From the NCBI RefSeq assembly GCF_030684315.1, contig NC_081375.1, positions 35,019,073 through 35,083,072 of the forward strand: a stretch of DNA of 64,000 nucleotides. The letters are read 5' to 3'. This DNA is from Stegostoma tigrinum. Its lineage: Eukaryota. Below the pieces are notes generated by a model that had not been told where the DNA came from, did no database searches, and saw only the letters and a program-made list of their open reading frames with translations. Positions 12,340 through 24,199 of the stretch are shown here, piece after piece. Made by a program: the position numbers and the translations under genes. The number at the start of each line of letters is the position of its first letter. Within the stretch, counting starts at the first letter, position 1.

Positions 12340-12770
12340 CACAAGGAGTAGCAGCTCCGGCGCCCGGCCGCGAAAGCAATATCTTAGTGCCCGGTCCCAG
12401 TTTCTCTGCCGTGGCTGCAGTACCCAGGCTGTCTCCTACCTCGGGCGGCCTGACTCCTTTACTGGGCCGCCGCTGATTTTCTCTTCCGCCTTCCTGGAGG
12501 TTGCTCTCTTCAGGGCCGACATGGTGCATTAGGGAGGGGATGTGGAGCTACCGTTTGTACTGCCTACACCAGCCGTAATCAATCGAGCTGCTGCAGGGGG
12601 GATCTCGGGCAACAGCTGGAACCTAACCTCAGTTTTGCATCCAAATGAACGCAGCAGTTCACCCTGCAGAGCGACGGCTTTGTGAATGCAGCAAGCCTGG
12701 CTAATGACCATTTAATCTTGCTCATGCAGAATGCAAGTATTTAGCCTGGAGGGGCAACTGGGTAAACTTG
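12340..12770. promoter_or_regulatory. CpG-rich bidirectional promoter region, OGFOD3/HEXD
   Basis: Local CpG/GC peak around OGFOD3 exon 1; the HEXD ATG exon lies 1.2 kb away on the opposite strand and has an acceptor at 13671-13672, so a non-coding exon must lie upstream. Confidence 0.6.
12440..12522 (-). CDS. OGFOD3: OGFOD3 coding exon 1
   Basis: gcaccATG start, MSALKRATSRKAEEKISGGPVKESGRP, AG|GTAGGA donor; 83 nt, phase 2, joins exon 2 in frame. Confidence 0.8.
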
Positions 12771-12870
12771 GGCAGAACAAATGGGAATGCAAAACAAAAC
12801 AAAACTCTGGAACCTTTTCAGGGAGGGTAGAGCAATGTGCTTTGGGTAAAAATAGTACTTGTCAGTGACT

Positions 12871-13059
12871 GAGATAATGGGAACTGCAGATGCTGGAGAT
12901 TCCAAGATAATAAAATGTGAGGCTGGATGAACACAGCAGGCCAAGCAGCATCTCAGGAGCACAAAAGCTGACGTTTCGGGTCTAGGCCCGAAACGTCAGC
13001 TTTTGTGCTCCTGAGATGCTGCTTGGCCTGCTGTGTTCATCCAGCCTCACATTTTATTA
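12871..13059. mobile_element. Fold-back Penelope-terminus element (family A), 14-bp TSD
   Basis: Near-perfect ~75-bp inverted arms centred at 12982/12983; acttgtcagtgact at 12857-12870 and 13060-13073. Confidence 0.9.
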
Positions 13060-13706
13060 ACTTGTCAGTGACTAACTTGTAAACTATTTGGGCAGCCTTG
13101 ATTTGGATGGCTGGGTGCCCTTGCCCCAACCCTTACACTAGGTTTAAGATGCTACGGAGAGAGTGTGTCCTACCTGCAACCTGGGAGACCTTTAGCTGCC
13201 AGTTAAAGGCACAACTAAGACATACTGTGGCATAATCCTCAAAAATTGTTAGTGTTTTGTATTACCAGCTTGACATAATTGCTACAGTCACTCTGTCTAC
13301 TATACACCCAGAATTGGCATCAGCTTTAAAATAGGACCCATTTTTCCAATGAGAATCTTTACCAAGACTGATTGTATGTTGCATCTAGCCACTGCACAGC
13401 GCAGCGAATCTTGTTTCTGAGAACAGTTGAGGGTGCATCCACTGAACGGGTTTCAGATATAATTTGGTTGTGGTTGTATTGAAGCTTATTTTGTGTAAGT
13501 AATTACTGACAACAAATTTATTGAAGGCTTCTGCTACCTTAAGACCAATACATACATACAAAACATATTGCCAAATGCAAAATGTAGGTATTTATGGATG
13601 AACATTTATAAAATGTCACGAATAACAATATAAAAATATGATAATTCTGCTGTATCAATATTTTCTTCCCAGGTCTTACAGGCCACAGACTTTGTATGTT
13701 TGAAGA

Positions 13707-13841
13707 ATGGCAGATGGTCTTGGAGACAAGCCAATGGAGGCAGATAATGGGACGAATACACTTAAACCCCCACAGATGGGTTTGAAACTAGTACATCTGG
13801 ATTTGAAAGGAGCCCCGCCCAAGGTCTCCTATCTAGTAGAG
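13707..13841 (+). CDS. HEXD: Hexosaminidase D, coding exon 1
   Basis: MADGLGDKPMEADNGTNTLKPPQMGLKLVHLDLKGAPPKVSYLVE, with the conserved LVHLDLKGAPPKVSYL; donor GTGATG. Confidence 0.92.
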
Positions 13842-14254
13842 GTGATGTGAGTCACAATACTGGCATTTTAATATTTCTTCTCAGTGATTACATTTTAGAA
13901 CAAAATAAAGGTCACTTTAACCTGTGGGATGGCTTCAGTAACAAGATATTGACTGAATTTTTAAATCAAAGTTTATAACAATTATTTGCCTGAATCATTA
14001 ACCATAATTAATGAAGCTTGTAATACAAAGAATGTTAAATAAAGCGTTCATTAAGTTGGGTGTGTTTAGGAGGATAGCATGGCCAATGATAATATGCAGG
14101 AGAAATGTTTGTCCAGATTGAGAAACTTCAATATTGTGGATAAACCTTAGAAAAAGTGGAGCTCTGTCCATTTGGATAAATATCATGAAGAGAAAATTTG
14201 ATAGAAGTGTTTATGTTGAGGCTTTGATGTAATAAACAATATATAAACTAGGAA

Positions 14255-16172
14255 AGGAGCCATACAAGATCTGGTACTGGGGAATGTCCCTGGTCAGATG
14301 ATTGAAGTTTCAGAGGGGAAGCATTTTGGGCACAGTAATCATAATTATCCAAGTTTTAAGTTCATTTACAGATAAAGATAAAAGTAGTCCTCAGATGCAA
14401 GTACTAAGTTGGGTGAAGGCTAACTGCAACACTATTAGACAGGAACTGGTGAATGTAGATTGAAGTGACTATTTATTGGTAAATTCACAGCTGGCATGTA
14501 GAAATCCTCTTAAAGGCCATTTGATTAGATTTCGGGACTAGCATGTTCCTGTGAAGATGAAAAATAAGGATGGCAAGATTCAGGAATCTTGGATGGCAAG
14601 AGGAATTGAGAACTTAGTCAAGAAGAAAATGGAAAGATGCTTAAGGTTGAGGAAACTGAAGACAGGCAGTGCTCTTGAATAGTACAAATATAGCAGGAAA
14701 GAACTCAAAGACTGAGGAGGGCTAAAAGGAGTCATGAAGTAACTTTGGCAAACAAGATTATGAAACATCCCAAGGTATTTTATATGTAATTAAGGAGCAA
14801 GAGGGCAGCTAGAGAAAGGGTAGGTCCACACAAGGACAAAGGAGGGAATTTATGCTTGGAGCCTGAGGAAGTGGATGAGGTCCTTAATGAATACTGAACA
14901 TTGGTATTCTCTAAGGAGAAGGACATTGTGGGTGTTGAGTCTCGGGAGGGATATATTGATATTCCAGAGCGTGTTGATATTTAAAAAAAGGTGTTGGATA
15001 ATTTGAAAAGCATTAGGGTAGATAAGCCCCAGAACCTGGTGGGATCTATCTCAGAGTGCTGATGGGAAGTAGTTGACGAAATTGTTGGGGCCTTGTGTGA
15101 AATCTTTGTATCCTCTTTTTAGTCACAGGAGAGGTCCCAGAGGACTGGGGAATAGCCAATGTCATTCTGTTGTTTAAGAAGGGCAAGAGGGATAATATGG
15201 GAAAGTACAGGCCAGTAGGCCTTACGTCAATGGCAGAGAAGTTAATGGAAAAGACTCTTACTAATAAGATTTACTCACATTTGGAAAAATATGGACTTGT
15301 TAGTGATAGGCAGCATGGCTTTTTGAGGGGAAGGTAATATCTCACAAACTTGACTGAGTTTTAGAGGAAGTGACAAAGATGATTGAGGGCAGGGCAATAG
15401 ATATTGTCTGTATGGACTGTAGCAACATCTTTGACAAGGTTCCCCATGGCAGGCTGATATGAAAGGTGAAGTCACATGGGCACCACGGTCAGTTGGTAAA
15501 ATGGATACAGAAATGGCCCTATAATAGAAGACAAAGAGTAGTGGTGGAAGAGTGTCTTTTGACTGGTCATCTGCGACCAGTGGTGTTCTGCAAGGATCAG
15601 TGTTCGGACCCCAGTTGTTTGCGATGTACATATGTGATTTGGAGGAGAATGTAGATGACCTGGTTAGTAATTTTGTGGATGATGCAGAGATTGGCCAAGT
15701 TGTGGATAGTGAGGAGGATTACCAGAAGATAGATGGGCTGAGACTTGGGCAGAGCAATGGCAGATGGAGTTTATTCCAGACAAGTGCGAGGTGATACGTT
15801 TTGAAAGATTTAATGCAGGAGGGAGCTGTACAGTAAATGGCAGAACCCTTAGTAGCATCGACATACAGAAGGATCTAGATGTACAGGTCCACAGTTGCCT
15901 GAAAGTAGCAACAAAAGTTGATAAGGTGGTCAAGAAGGCATATGGCATGTTTGCCTTCATTGGTCAGGGCATAAAGTATAAAAATTAGCAAGTCATGTTG
16001 CAGCTGTATAGAACTTAAGTTAGGCCGTTTGGAATATTGCACACAGTTCTGATCGCCAAACTGCCAGAAGGATGTGGAGGCTTTGGACAGTGTCCAGGAA
16101 CAGTTTACCAGTGTGTTGCCTGGTTTGGAGGGTATGAGCTATGAGGACAGATTGGGCAAACATGGTTTGTTT
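14255..16172 (+). mobile_element. CR1 LINE ORF2 (decayed), 5' part
   Basis: SGVLQGSVFGPQLF..YICDL..FVDD RT motifs and KVVKKAYGMFAFI; interrupted by the Penelope insertion. Confidence 0.9.
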
Positions 16173-16176
16173 TAAT

Positions 16177-18360
16177 GAGATAACAAGGTGTAGAGCTGGA
16201 TGAACACAGCAGGCCGAGCAGGAAAGTTTGACGTTTTGGGTCGAGACCCTTCTTCAGAAATGGGACAGGGGAAAGGAATTCTGAAATAAATAGGGAGACA
16301 GGGAGAGGCGGATAGAAGATAGATAAAGGAGAAGATAGGGTGAAAGGAGACAAACAGGTCAAAGAGGTGGGGTTAGAGCCAATGAAGGTGAATGTAGGTG
16401 GGGTGCTAGGGAGGGGATAGGTCAGTCCAGGGAGGATGGACAGGTTGGGGAGAGGGGCGGGATGAGGTTGGTGGGTAGGAGATGGGGGTGGGGCTTGAGG
16501 TGGAAGGAATGGTTAGGGAGGTGGGGACTAGCTGGGCAGGTTTTGGGGCGCGGTCGGTGGAGGGGATATTTTGACGCTTTTGAAGTCCACATTGCCATCC
16601 TTGGGCTGCAGGGTTACCAAGCGAAATATGAGATGCTGTCCCTGTATCTTTCGGGTGGCATCATTGTGGCAATGCAGGAGGCCCAGGATGGACATGTCAT
16701 CCGAGGAGTTGTGGGGGGGAGTTGAAATGGTTCGCGACCGGAAGGTGTAGTTGTTTATTGCGAACTGAGCGTAGGTGTTCTGCAAAACAGTCCCCAAGTC
16801 TCCGCTTGGTTTCCCCAATGTAGAGGAGGCCACAACGGGAACAGCGGATACAGTATATCACATTAACAGATGTGCAGGTGAACATCTGTTGATTTGAAAA
16901 GTCTTCGTAGGCCCTGAGATGGGGGTGAGGGGGTAGGTGTAGGGGCAGGTGTAGCACTTGCTTTGGCTGCAGGGAAAAGTGCCAGAGGTGGTGGGACTGG
17001 AGGGAGTTTGGTGCAGATAAGAGAGTCACAGAGAGAGTGGTCCCTCCAGAAAGCACATGAGGATGGGGAGGGAAAAATGTCTTTGGTGGTGGGGTCAGAT
17101 TGCAGATGATGATGATGCATTGGATTTGGAGGTGGTACGTGAGGATGAGGGGGATTCTGTTTTGGTTATTATTGCAGGTAGTGGGTGTGAGGGATGAATT
17201 GTGGGAAATACAGGAGACACGGTCGAAGGCATTTTCGATCACTGTGGAGGGGAAGTTGCAGTTCTTGAGAAAAGAGGACATCTGGGATGTTCGGGAGTGG
17301 AATGCCTCATCTTGGGAGCAGATGAGGCGGAGGCAAAGGATTTGGGAATATGGGATGACCTTTTTACAGGACGGTGGGTGAGAGGAGGAATATTCTAGGT
17401 AGTCGTGGGAGTCGGTAGGCTTAAAATAGACATCGGTTTCCAGGTGGTTGCCAGAGATGGAGACAGAGGTGTCCAGGATGGAGAGAGAGGTGTCAGAGAT
17501 GGCCCAGGTAAACTTAAGGTTGGGATGGAAGGTGTTAGTGAAGTGGATGAACTGTTCGAGCTCCTCATGGGAACACAAGGTGGCGCCGAAACAGTCATAA
17601 ATGTAACGGAGGAAGAGATGGGGAATAAGGCCATTGTAGCTTTGGAAGAGGGACTGTTCCACGTACCCTACAAAGAAGCAGGCATAGCTTGGGCCCATGT
17701 GGGTACTCATGGCCACCCCACTTGTCTGTAGGAAGTGGTAGGAATTAAAGGAGAATTTGTTGAGGGTGAGGACAAGTTCGGATAAGCGGATGAGGGTGTC
17801 AGTGGAGGGGGCTTGTCAGGCCTGCGGCACAGGAAGAAGCAGAGGGCCTTTAGGCCATCTGCATAGGGAATGCAGGTGTATATGGACTGGACGTGCAAAA
17901 ACGAGATGTTGGGGACCGGGGAATTGGAAGTTCTGGAGGAGCTGGAGAGTGTGAATGGTGTCACAGACTAGGTAGGGAGTTTCTGGACCAAGGGGGAGAA
18001 AATGGAATCTGGATAGGTGGAGATAAGTTCGGTGGGGCAGGAACAGGTGGAGACAATGCGTTGACCAGGGCAGTCAGATTTGTGGATTTTGGGAAGGAGA
18101 TAGAAGCAGTCGGTGTGGGGTTGGGGAATGATGAGGTTGGAGAATGTGGGTGGGAGGTCACCTGAGGTGATGAGGTTGTGGATGGTTTGGAGATGATGGG
18201 TTGGTGCTTGGGGTTGGGGTAATGATCCAGGGGGTGGTAGGAGGAGGTGTCGGTGAGCTGGCACCTGGCCTCGGCGATGTAGAGGTCAGTGTGCCATACT
18301 ACAACTGCACCTCCCTTATCTGCGAGTTTTATGGTGAGGTCGGGATTGGAGGGGAGGGAG
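16177..18360 (-). mobile_element. Penelope-like retroelement (RT + GIY-YIG endonuclease), 5'-truncated and frameshifted
   Basis: FYLLPKIHK..PGQRIVS, AMSTHMGPSYACFFVG, LRYIYD (YIDD-like) and NVIYCIRCSRCGLLYIGETKRRLGDCFAEH; terminus with degenerate hammerhead at 16229-16257. Confidence 0.93.
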
Positions 18361-18361
18361 G

Positions 18362-18770
18362 TTTCACTTCAAGGTCAAATGATGAGAGGTGACCTGATAG
18401 AGGTTTTCAAAATTACGAGAAGAATGGGTAGTCCGAGTCTCTCTTCCCATGGTAGAAATGTCAGTCATTAAAGGGCATTAGTAAACTCGTTCTAAGGTTC
18501 AAGGTGGTAAGTTTAAAGATGTGAGAGGCACCATTTTTACACAGGGAGTGTAAGTGCCTGGAATGAGCTGCCAGGGGAGTGGTGCAGGTGGGTAGAATAG
18601 CAATGTTTAAGAGGCATCTTTCCAGATATATAAATTGGCGGGAATAGAGGGATATGGTCAGCATAAAGGCAAAAGGTTTTTAGTTTAGAAAGGCATCATG
18701 TGTTGATGCAGTCTTGGTAGGCCAAATGGCCTGTTCCTGTACTGTACTGTTCCTTATTCTCTTTGTTCTT
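18362..18770 (+). mobile_element. CR1 LINE 3' part, continuing 14255-16172
   Basis: MRGDLIEVFKI motif and tail cctgtactgtactgttc. Confidence 0.85.
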
Positions 18771-19349
18771 TAAATCTTGGGAAGCTATTTCCACTGGTCA
18801 GTGACTTAGTGACTCAAGGCATAAATCGACATAGGTAAACTGGACTAGGGAGCACTATTCACTTTTGTCGAATTCAAGTGATTAATGTGGCCAAATTGAA
18901 AATTGCAAAAGTACAGTGTAATCCCAATTCGTGCTTTTAAAAATTGCTGTTTACATAGTCCCAAGTCAATTCATGTAATATATTAAACAATAACTTACTA
19001 TTGCAATCACATGACATCTCAAAGAATTTTGCAGCTAATGAAGTACTTTTGAAGTGTTAAGGGCATGTTAAAGGAGAAGATTACATGTTATGCGGTAATG
19101 AAGTAAAATGTAATCAAATGGATTCTACTAACTTCCTTCGTACTTATTGAGCAGAGTTCTTGCGCAAGTGTGATTTCTTATACAGAAGCTGTTAGCGAGT
19201 TAAAAAAACCTTACAAAAAGTTAACTTGAAGTTTACTGTCTTGATATTTCCTGATTTAATGTGAAGATGAGTATTGTATCTATTCTGTACATCTTGTAAC
19301 TGAGCTTAAAAATGTCAAACTTTGCAATCTAACCTCACCACAATGGAAT

Positions 19350-19546
19350 CAGAGATAATAGGAACTGCAGATGGTGGAGAATCCAAGATAACAAAGTGTG
19401 GGGCTGGATGAACACAGCAAGCCAAGCAGCATCTTAGGAGCACAAGAGCTGACATTTCAGGCCTAGACCCTTCCCAAAACGTCAGCTTTTGTGCTCCTAA
19501 GATGCTGCTTGGCCTGCTGTGTTCATCCAGCCCCACACTTTGTTAC
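19350..19546. mobile_element. Fold-back Penelope-terminus element (family A), 14-bp TSD
   Basis: Inverted arms; caccacaatggaat at 19336-19349 and 19547-19560. Confidence 0.9.
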
Positions 19547-19554
19547 CACCACAA

Positions 19555-19885
19555 TGGAATGTGGGTGTTGCTAGCTTGGCCAACGTTAATTGCCCACCCC
19601 TATTGCCTAAGTGGCAGAAAAGCATCGACCACACTGCCATGGATCTGGAATCACAGACCAGGTAAGGATGGCAGATCTCCTTCCCTAAAGAGCATTAGTC
19701 AACTAGATTTTTTTTAAGTGACAACTGACACTGGTTACATGGTTGCCATTGGCTAACTTTTATTACAGATGTTCATTGAGTTTCAATTTCACCGTCAACT
19801 ATGTCAGAATTCTAACAAATGTTTCCACAACATTAGCCTGGCTTTCTGGATGCTAGCCCAATTACATTACCACTATTACCATCCC
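19555..19885 (-). mobile_element. tRNA-derived SINE, decayed
   Basis: Homologous to 9005-9362. Confidence 0.6.
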
Positions 19886-20233
19886 CAGAACTGGTGATCT
19901 GCACATTTATGCACAACTGATTGTCGAGTAATAATGCAACAACTAGTGAACCTGAGAGGTTGTTTAGATTTTTAACATGTAATTCTAATTTTAAAATAAC
20001 ACATTTTAGTTTAATTTTCTAGAATTTTGATCCTTTGACCTGCTGTTCTCACAATATTAGAGATCACCTTTCAATACTGAAAAATTTTGTTTCATAAAAC
20101 CAGAACTTGACATAGTCTACTTTTCAAGGAGCTAGCACAACAGCAATGGGCTAAGTGGCCTTCCTGTACTCTGTGATTCTATGAACTTCTGAAATTTGAA
20201 TTGAAACAGCTATATTTCAATTTCCTGTTGTAG

Positions 20234-20343
20234 ATCTTTCCTCTGCTTTCCCACCTTGGTGCAGATGGTATTTTACTGGAGTATGAAGATATGTTTCCAT
20301 ATGAGGGGAAGCTGCAGGTGTTAAGGTCTCCACATGCCTACAG
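20234..20343 (+). CDS. HEXD: HEXD coding exon 2
   Basis: [37 protein letters not shown]; AG/GT, 110 nt. Confidence 0.97.
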
Positions 20344-20905
20344 GTAAAAGTTTCATAAATGAATTAATGTATGACTACTCAAACTTACTTTGATTTTTCT
20401 TCTAATTCATGAGGTTCAGTGGAATTTTAATGACATCTTGTTTCACAGTTTCCTGGTTCATTGGGACACTGGTTGTTCTCTTGCTGCCTAAGCCTGCTTG
20501 CCAGTATTGTACTTTTTGAGCAATTAATCAGTGGTTTTCAAGCATGGTGAATGTTATCGTAAAATTCCATTTGCAGAATTACTGGTGAAGTCCATAGATT
20601 CTTGTTCCCGAGAGCAGTGTTTAATTTATTTTTGCACTGTGGTATATTTGTCCTCATAAGTGGATGGAATAAAAAAATTTAAAAATATTTATGAAAATCT
20701 AGAACAATGCAAGGATGCTAAGATTCAAACAATCTATATGACAAGAGAAAAGATTGTTTGGGAGGTTGATTTTGGTTAGGTAATACATTGCCATGAAGAA
20801 AGCAACAGGATAGTATAAGCTCTTCAAACTCCCAATAATGCCAAGAAATGTGTGAGGTTTAGAGATATCTTTTTTGCTTACAGAGAACAGAGCTCTCTTT
20901 ATGAA

Positions 20906-21803
20906 CAAAAATAGAAGTTGCTGGAAAAGCTCAGCAGGTCTGGCAGCACCTGTGAAGAAAAAAATCAGGTCTAACAACCCTTCCTCAGAACTGATAGTAG
21001 CTGGGAAAACGTCGACTTATATATGCAGAAAATAGGGAGGGGATTGGGGTAGGGAGTGAACAAAAGGATAGAGCCCGGAGAGAGAGAGAGGAGCAGTTGG
21101 ACACGCAAAGGAATTGATAACAATCTAGCTGGGAGGGTGAATAGTCCTTAATGGGGACAGTTAGTGACTAACAATAGGTCGAGTGTAATGGCAGGCTATG
21201 TGATAACAAGACCTGGTGTGTGGGGTAGGAAGCTAGGACATGGGAGAGTTTAGGCTCTAAAGTTAAAGATATTGAGCCTGGAAGGCTGTAGGGTCCCCAA
21301 GTGGAAAATGAGGTGTTCTTCTTCCAGCTTGTGTTGAGCTTTGCTGCAACGCTGTAGCAAGCCTGAGACACAGATGTCAGCCAGGGAGCAGGGTGGTGTG
21401 TTAAAGTGGCAGGCAACAGGTAGCTCAGGGTCTTTTTTGCGAGCAGAATGTAGATGTTCTGTGAAGGGGTCACCCAGTCTATGCTTCTTTTCCCCAATGT
21501 AGAGGAGACCACATTGTGTGCAGCGAGTGCAGTGGACTAGATTCTTGGAAGTGCAGGTGAAGTGTTGCTTCAACTGGAAGGTATGTTTGGGCCCATGGAT
21601 CGTGGGGAGGGAGTAGGTAAATGAGTAGGTTTTGCACCTTCACTAGTTCCAGGGGAAGGTGTCGTAGGGCCATGGGGGCTACTGGGGTTGAAGGTAGAGT
21701 GGACCAAGGTGTCCCAGAGGGAACGGTCCCTGTGGAAAGCGGACAAGGGAAGGGAATTATGTGCCTGGTGGTGGCATCTCAATAAAGGTGATGGAAGTGG
21801 CCT
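20906..21803 (-). mobile_element. Penelope-like element (family B), GIY-YIG and 3' terminus
   Basis: HFTCTSKNLVHCTRCTQCGLLYIGEKKHRLGDPFTEH..PVACHFN..LEEEHLIFHLGTLQP; possible TSD tcttt(a/g)tgaa at 20896-20905 and 21804-21813. Confidence 0.88.
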
Positions 21804-22799
21804 TCTTTGTGAATTGTTTTAACCATCATAAATAAGGCAATTTACAAGCTTGACTGATTATCTTAAATTGGTTGTCTTTTTCAACTGACAACAGTATCTT
21901 GCTGGTGGAAAACACTACCTGTGAAGCTGCTGGAGAGTGGTAGCATGAAACAGCCAACATAAAAGGCATACGTTCTCACCAGCCCAACTTGGCATTCGTC
22001 CATCCCCATGGTGACCTTACTTCTGCTCCCCACCCTCCTGCCTTTTTGTCAAGGTGGTCCAGCAAGTCGGGAAGTTTCACCTTGAAAGCGAAATTCTAGT
22101 CCAATATCTGTGCTTTTAACAATTCCTTTGATATCTTCCCCCATATTTTCTTTACTGTTAGAAGTTTCACTTTCTTTTCCCCCAGCCTGAATGTTAATAC
22201 AGTGTTGGCTATATATGTTCTTCCACCATTAATAAATGTTAGTTGGAACCCTTGTATGTACCAGCTAAGAAAACAAGCAAAAACTGATCAACAGACAATA
22301 TTTTAAAGAACAGCTGACAGCCTACCCAAAACAAAAACATACACATGATTCAATACAAGCCTAAACTGTGTTTAAAATTCCCCATGGCTTTGGTCTTCCT
22401 TGCCTCCATAACCATCTCCAACTTTACCACATTTTGAGAACTTTACATTTCACCAGCACTCTTTTGAACATCCCTACCCAGTTTAAATATCATCTGAAAT
22501 CATACATTCAGATGTTTAGCAGCTATGCTCTGCAATTTCATCCTTAATTTTTTTTTAACCTCTTCACCTCCTTCCTCACTTAAGACCATCTTGAAGTTCA
22601 CCTTCTGACTAGACCTATTCCAGGTTGGCCCACTCTTTTCAATGACTCATTCCACTCCCATGGTGAACGAACTTATGCTTCCCACCCTCCTGTCTTTTTT
22701 GTCAAGTTTGCTTAAGGCATTGTATTATACTACAACAGTAGTGTAAAAATGTTCAACAGTACTTTACTGGATGTCAGTGCTAGAGCTGGCAGAAAATTA

Positions 22800-23240
22800 T
22801 ATAGATTTGGTGTTATGAGAATACATTGGATAGCAACTTAAGTTGTTCACAAGGTCAATGCAATTAATATAATCAGTTTAGATTTTCAAAAAGCTTTCCA
22901 CAATGCTTTTAAAATTAGATTACAAGATAAGGAAAGATTAATGGAGTTATTGGCTCATTAGTTTATTGAATTGCAGGCGGATTTGACAACAGAAAGGAGA
23001 TGGTAATGACAGTGGAGAAATTATCTGTTGGAATTTCGCAGGAATTTATTCAGCATCTCTTGCTATTCAGTTATTTTATAAATGTTGTGGGGCTTGCAGT
23101 CAATCATTTGCAGTCGCATTAAACTTTGTGACTAGATGCTGAACAAAAGAATCAGCTTACTCAGACTCATAAGATCTGAACAGACGAGCTGAGGAGTGAT
23201 GGACTTTACTGGAGGGAAGGGAATGTCATGTAACATGTAT
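22800..23240 (+). mobile_element. Ancient CR1/L2 RT remnant
   Basis: ttagattttcaaaaagctttc (LDFQKAF) and cagttattttataaatg remnants. Confidence 0.5.
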
Positions 23241-23650
23241 GTAATTTCCAGACTCTGAGTTGTCACCATTAATATTGCAGCAAGGAATTTCTGCGGTACC
23301 TCACTGGCAGGTTTGAAGGTAAGGGCTCTAGAGAAGTGTAGTGCATGGTCTGCTCTCCATAATCCATCTCCCCTTTTTTAGGGGGTGTGGGATGGAGATT
23401 GTGGTTGGTACACCCATCCTTCAGTCTATTGAGATTGTCAAGTGGCCAGTTAGTGGCCACCAAAGTACCTTATCCTGCTCCACCAGAGTGCAGGTTTGTA
23501 CATATTCACTGAGTATAATTGTAGCTTTACCTGGTTTCTTCTCCCACTTAGCATCCTGAAAAAATTCAATCAACTATAGAGGAACCTGGAAATGGAGGTG
23601 TATTCAGAGCTGGTGTGATTGTTAATAACATTGTGCTTTCCTCATTGCAG

Positions 23651-23738
23651 TCCATCAGAAATCAGAGAAATCATGAATCTTGCCAGAGTGCTTCATTTTG
23701 AAGTAATTCCATTAGTGCAAACCATTGGCCACATGGAG
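23651..23738 (+). CDS. HEXD: HEXD coding exon 3
   Basis: [29 protein letters not shown]; AG/GT, 88 nt. Confidence 0.97.
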
Positions 23739-23853
23739 GTGAGTTCAGAAACACAGTAAAGCTGAAAGGCCACATGGGGCTAAATCTCATGAAATTTCCA
23801 AAAAGAATGCATGAGAAACTTTACTGTAAATAATGCTGCCTCACAACAGATTG

Positions 23854-24199
23854 ACGTGGAGGTGCCGGTTTTGGACTGGGGTGGACAAAATCAAAAATCA
23901 CATGACACCAAGTTATAGTCCAACAGGTTTATTTGAAATCACAAGCTTTCTAACGCTGCCCCTTTGTCAGATTCAGTGAGAGGAGAGCAGACAGGCACAG
24001 AGTTTATGGGCAGAGAGGTGAAGGGCAGAAAGTTCGAAGGATTATTTGATTTCTGTGCCCTTCATCTCTCTGCCTACAAACTCTGTTTCAATGTGCTCTC
24101 CTCTCACTGCACCTGACAAAGGAGCTGCGCTTCAAAAGCTTACACTTTCAAATAAACCTGTTGGACTATAACCTGGTGCCATTTGATTTTTGACTTGGT
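23854..24199. mobile_element. Fold-back element (family C) with degenerate hammerhead arms
   Basis: ~145-bp inverted arms (gttatagtccaacaggtttatttgaaa / tttcaaataaacctgttggactataac); ctgacaaaggagctgcgcttcaaaagct is a decayed CTGATGA-AGGAGC..GCTCC-GAAAGCT. Confidence 0.75.

Noticed and set aside
12185-12529. 114-aa ORF as the OGFOD3 N-terminus
   Set aside because: It is out of frame with exon 2; the ATG at 12522 gives the correct phase.
12871-13059. Pre-miRNA or classical DNA-transposon MITE
   Set aside because: The arms are Penelope termini, the structure is asymmetric, and the 14-bp TSD is longer than typical for common vertebrate TIR superfamilies.
16697-17716. Functional 339-aa RT gene
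   Set aside because: The catalytic motif is mutated, and internal frameshifts show it is a decayed element.
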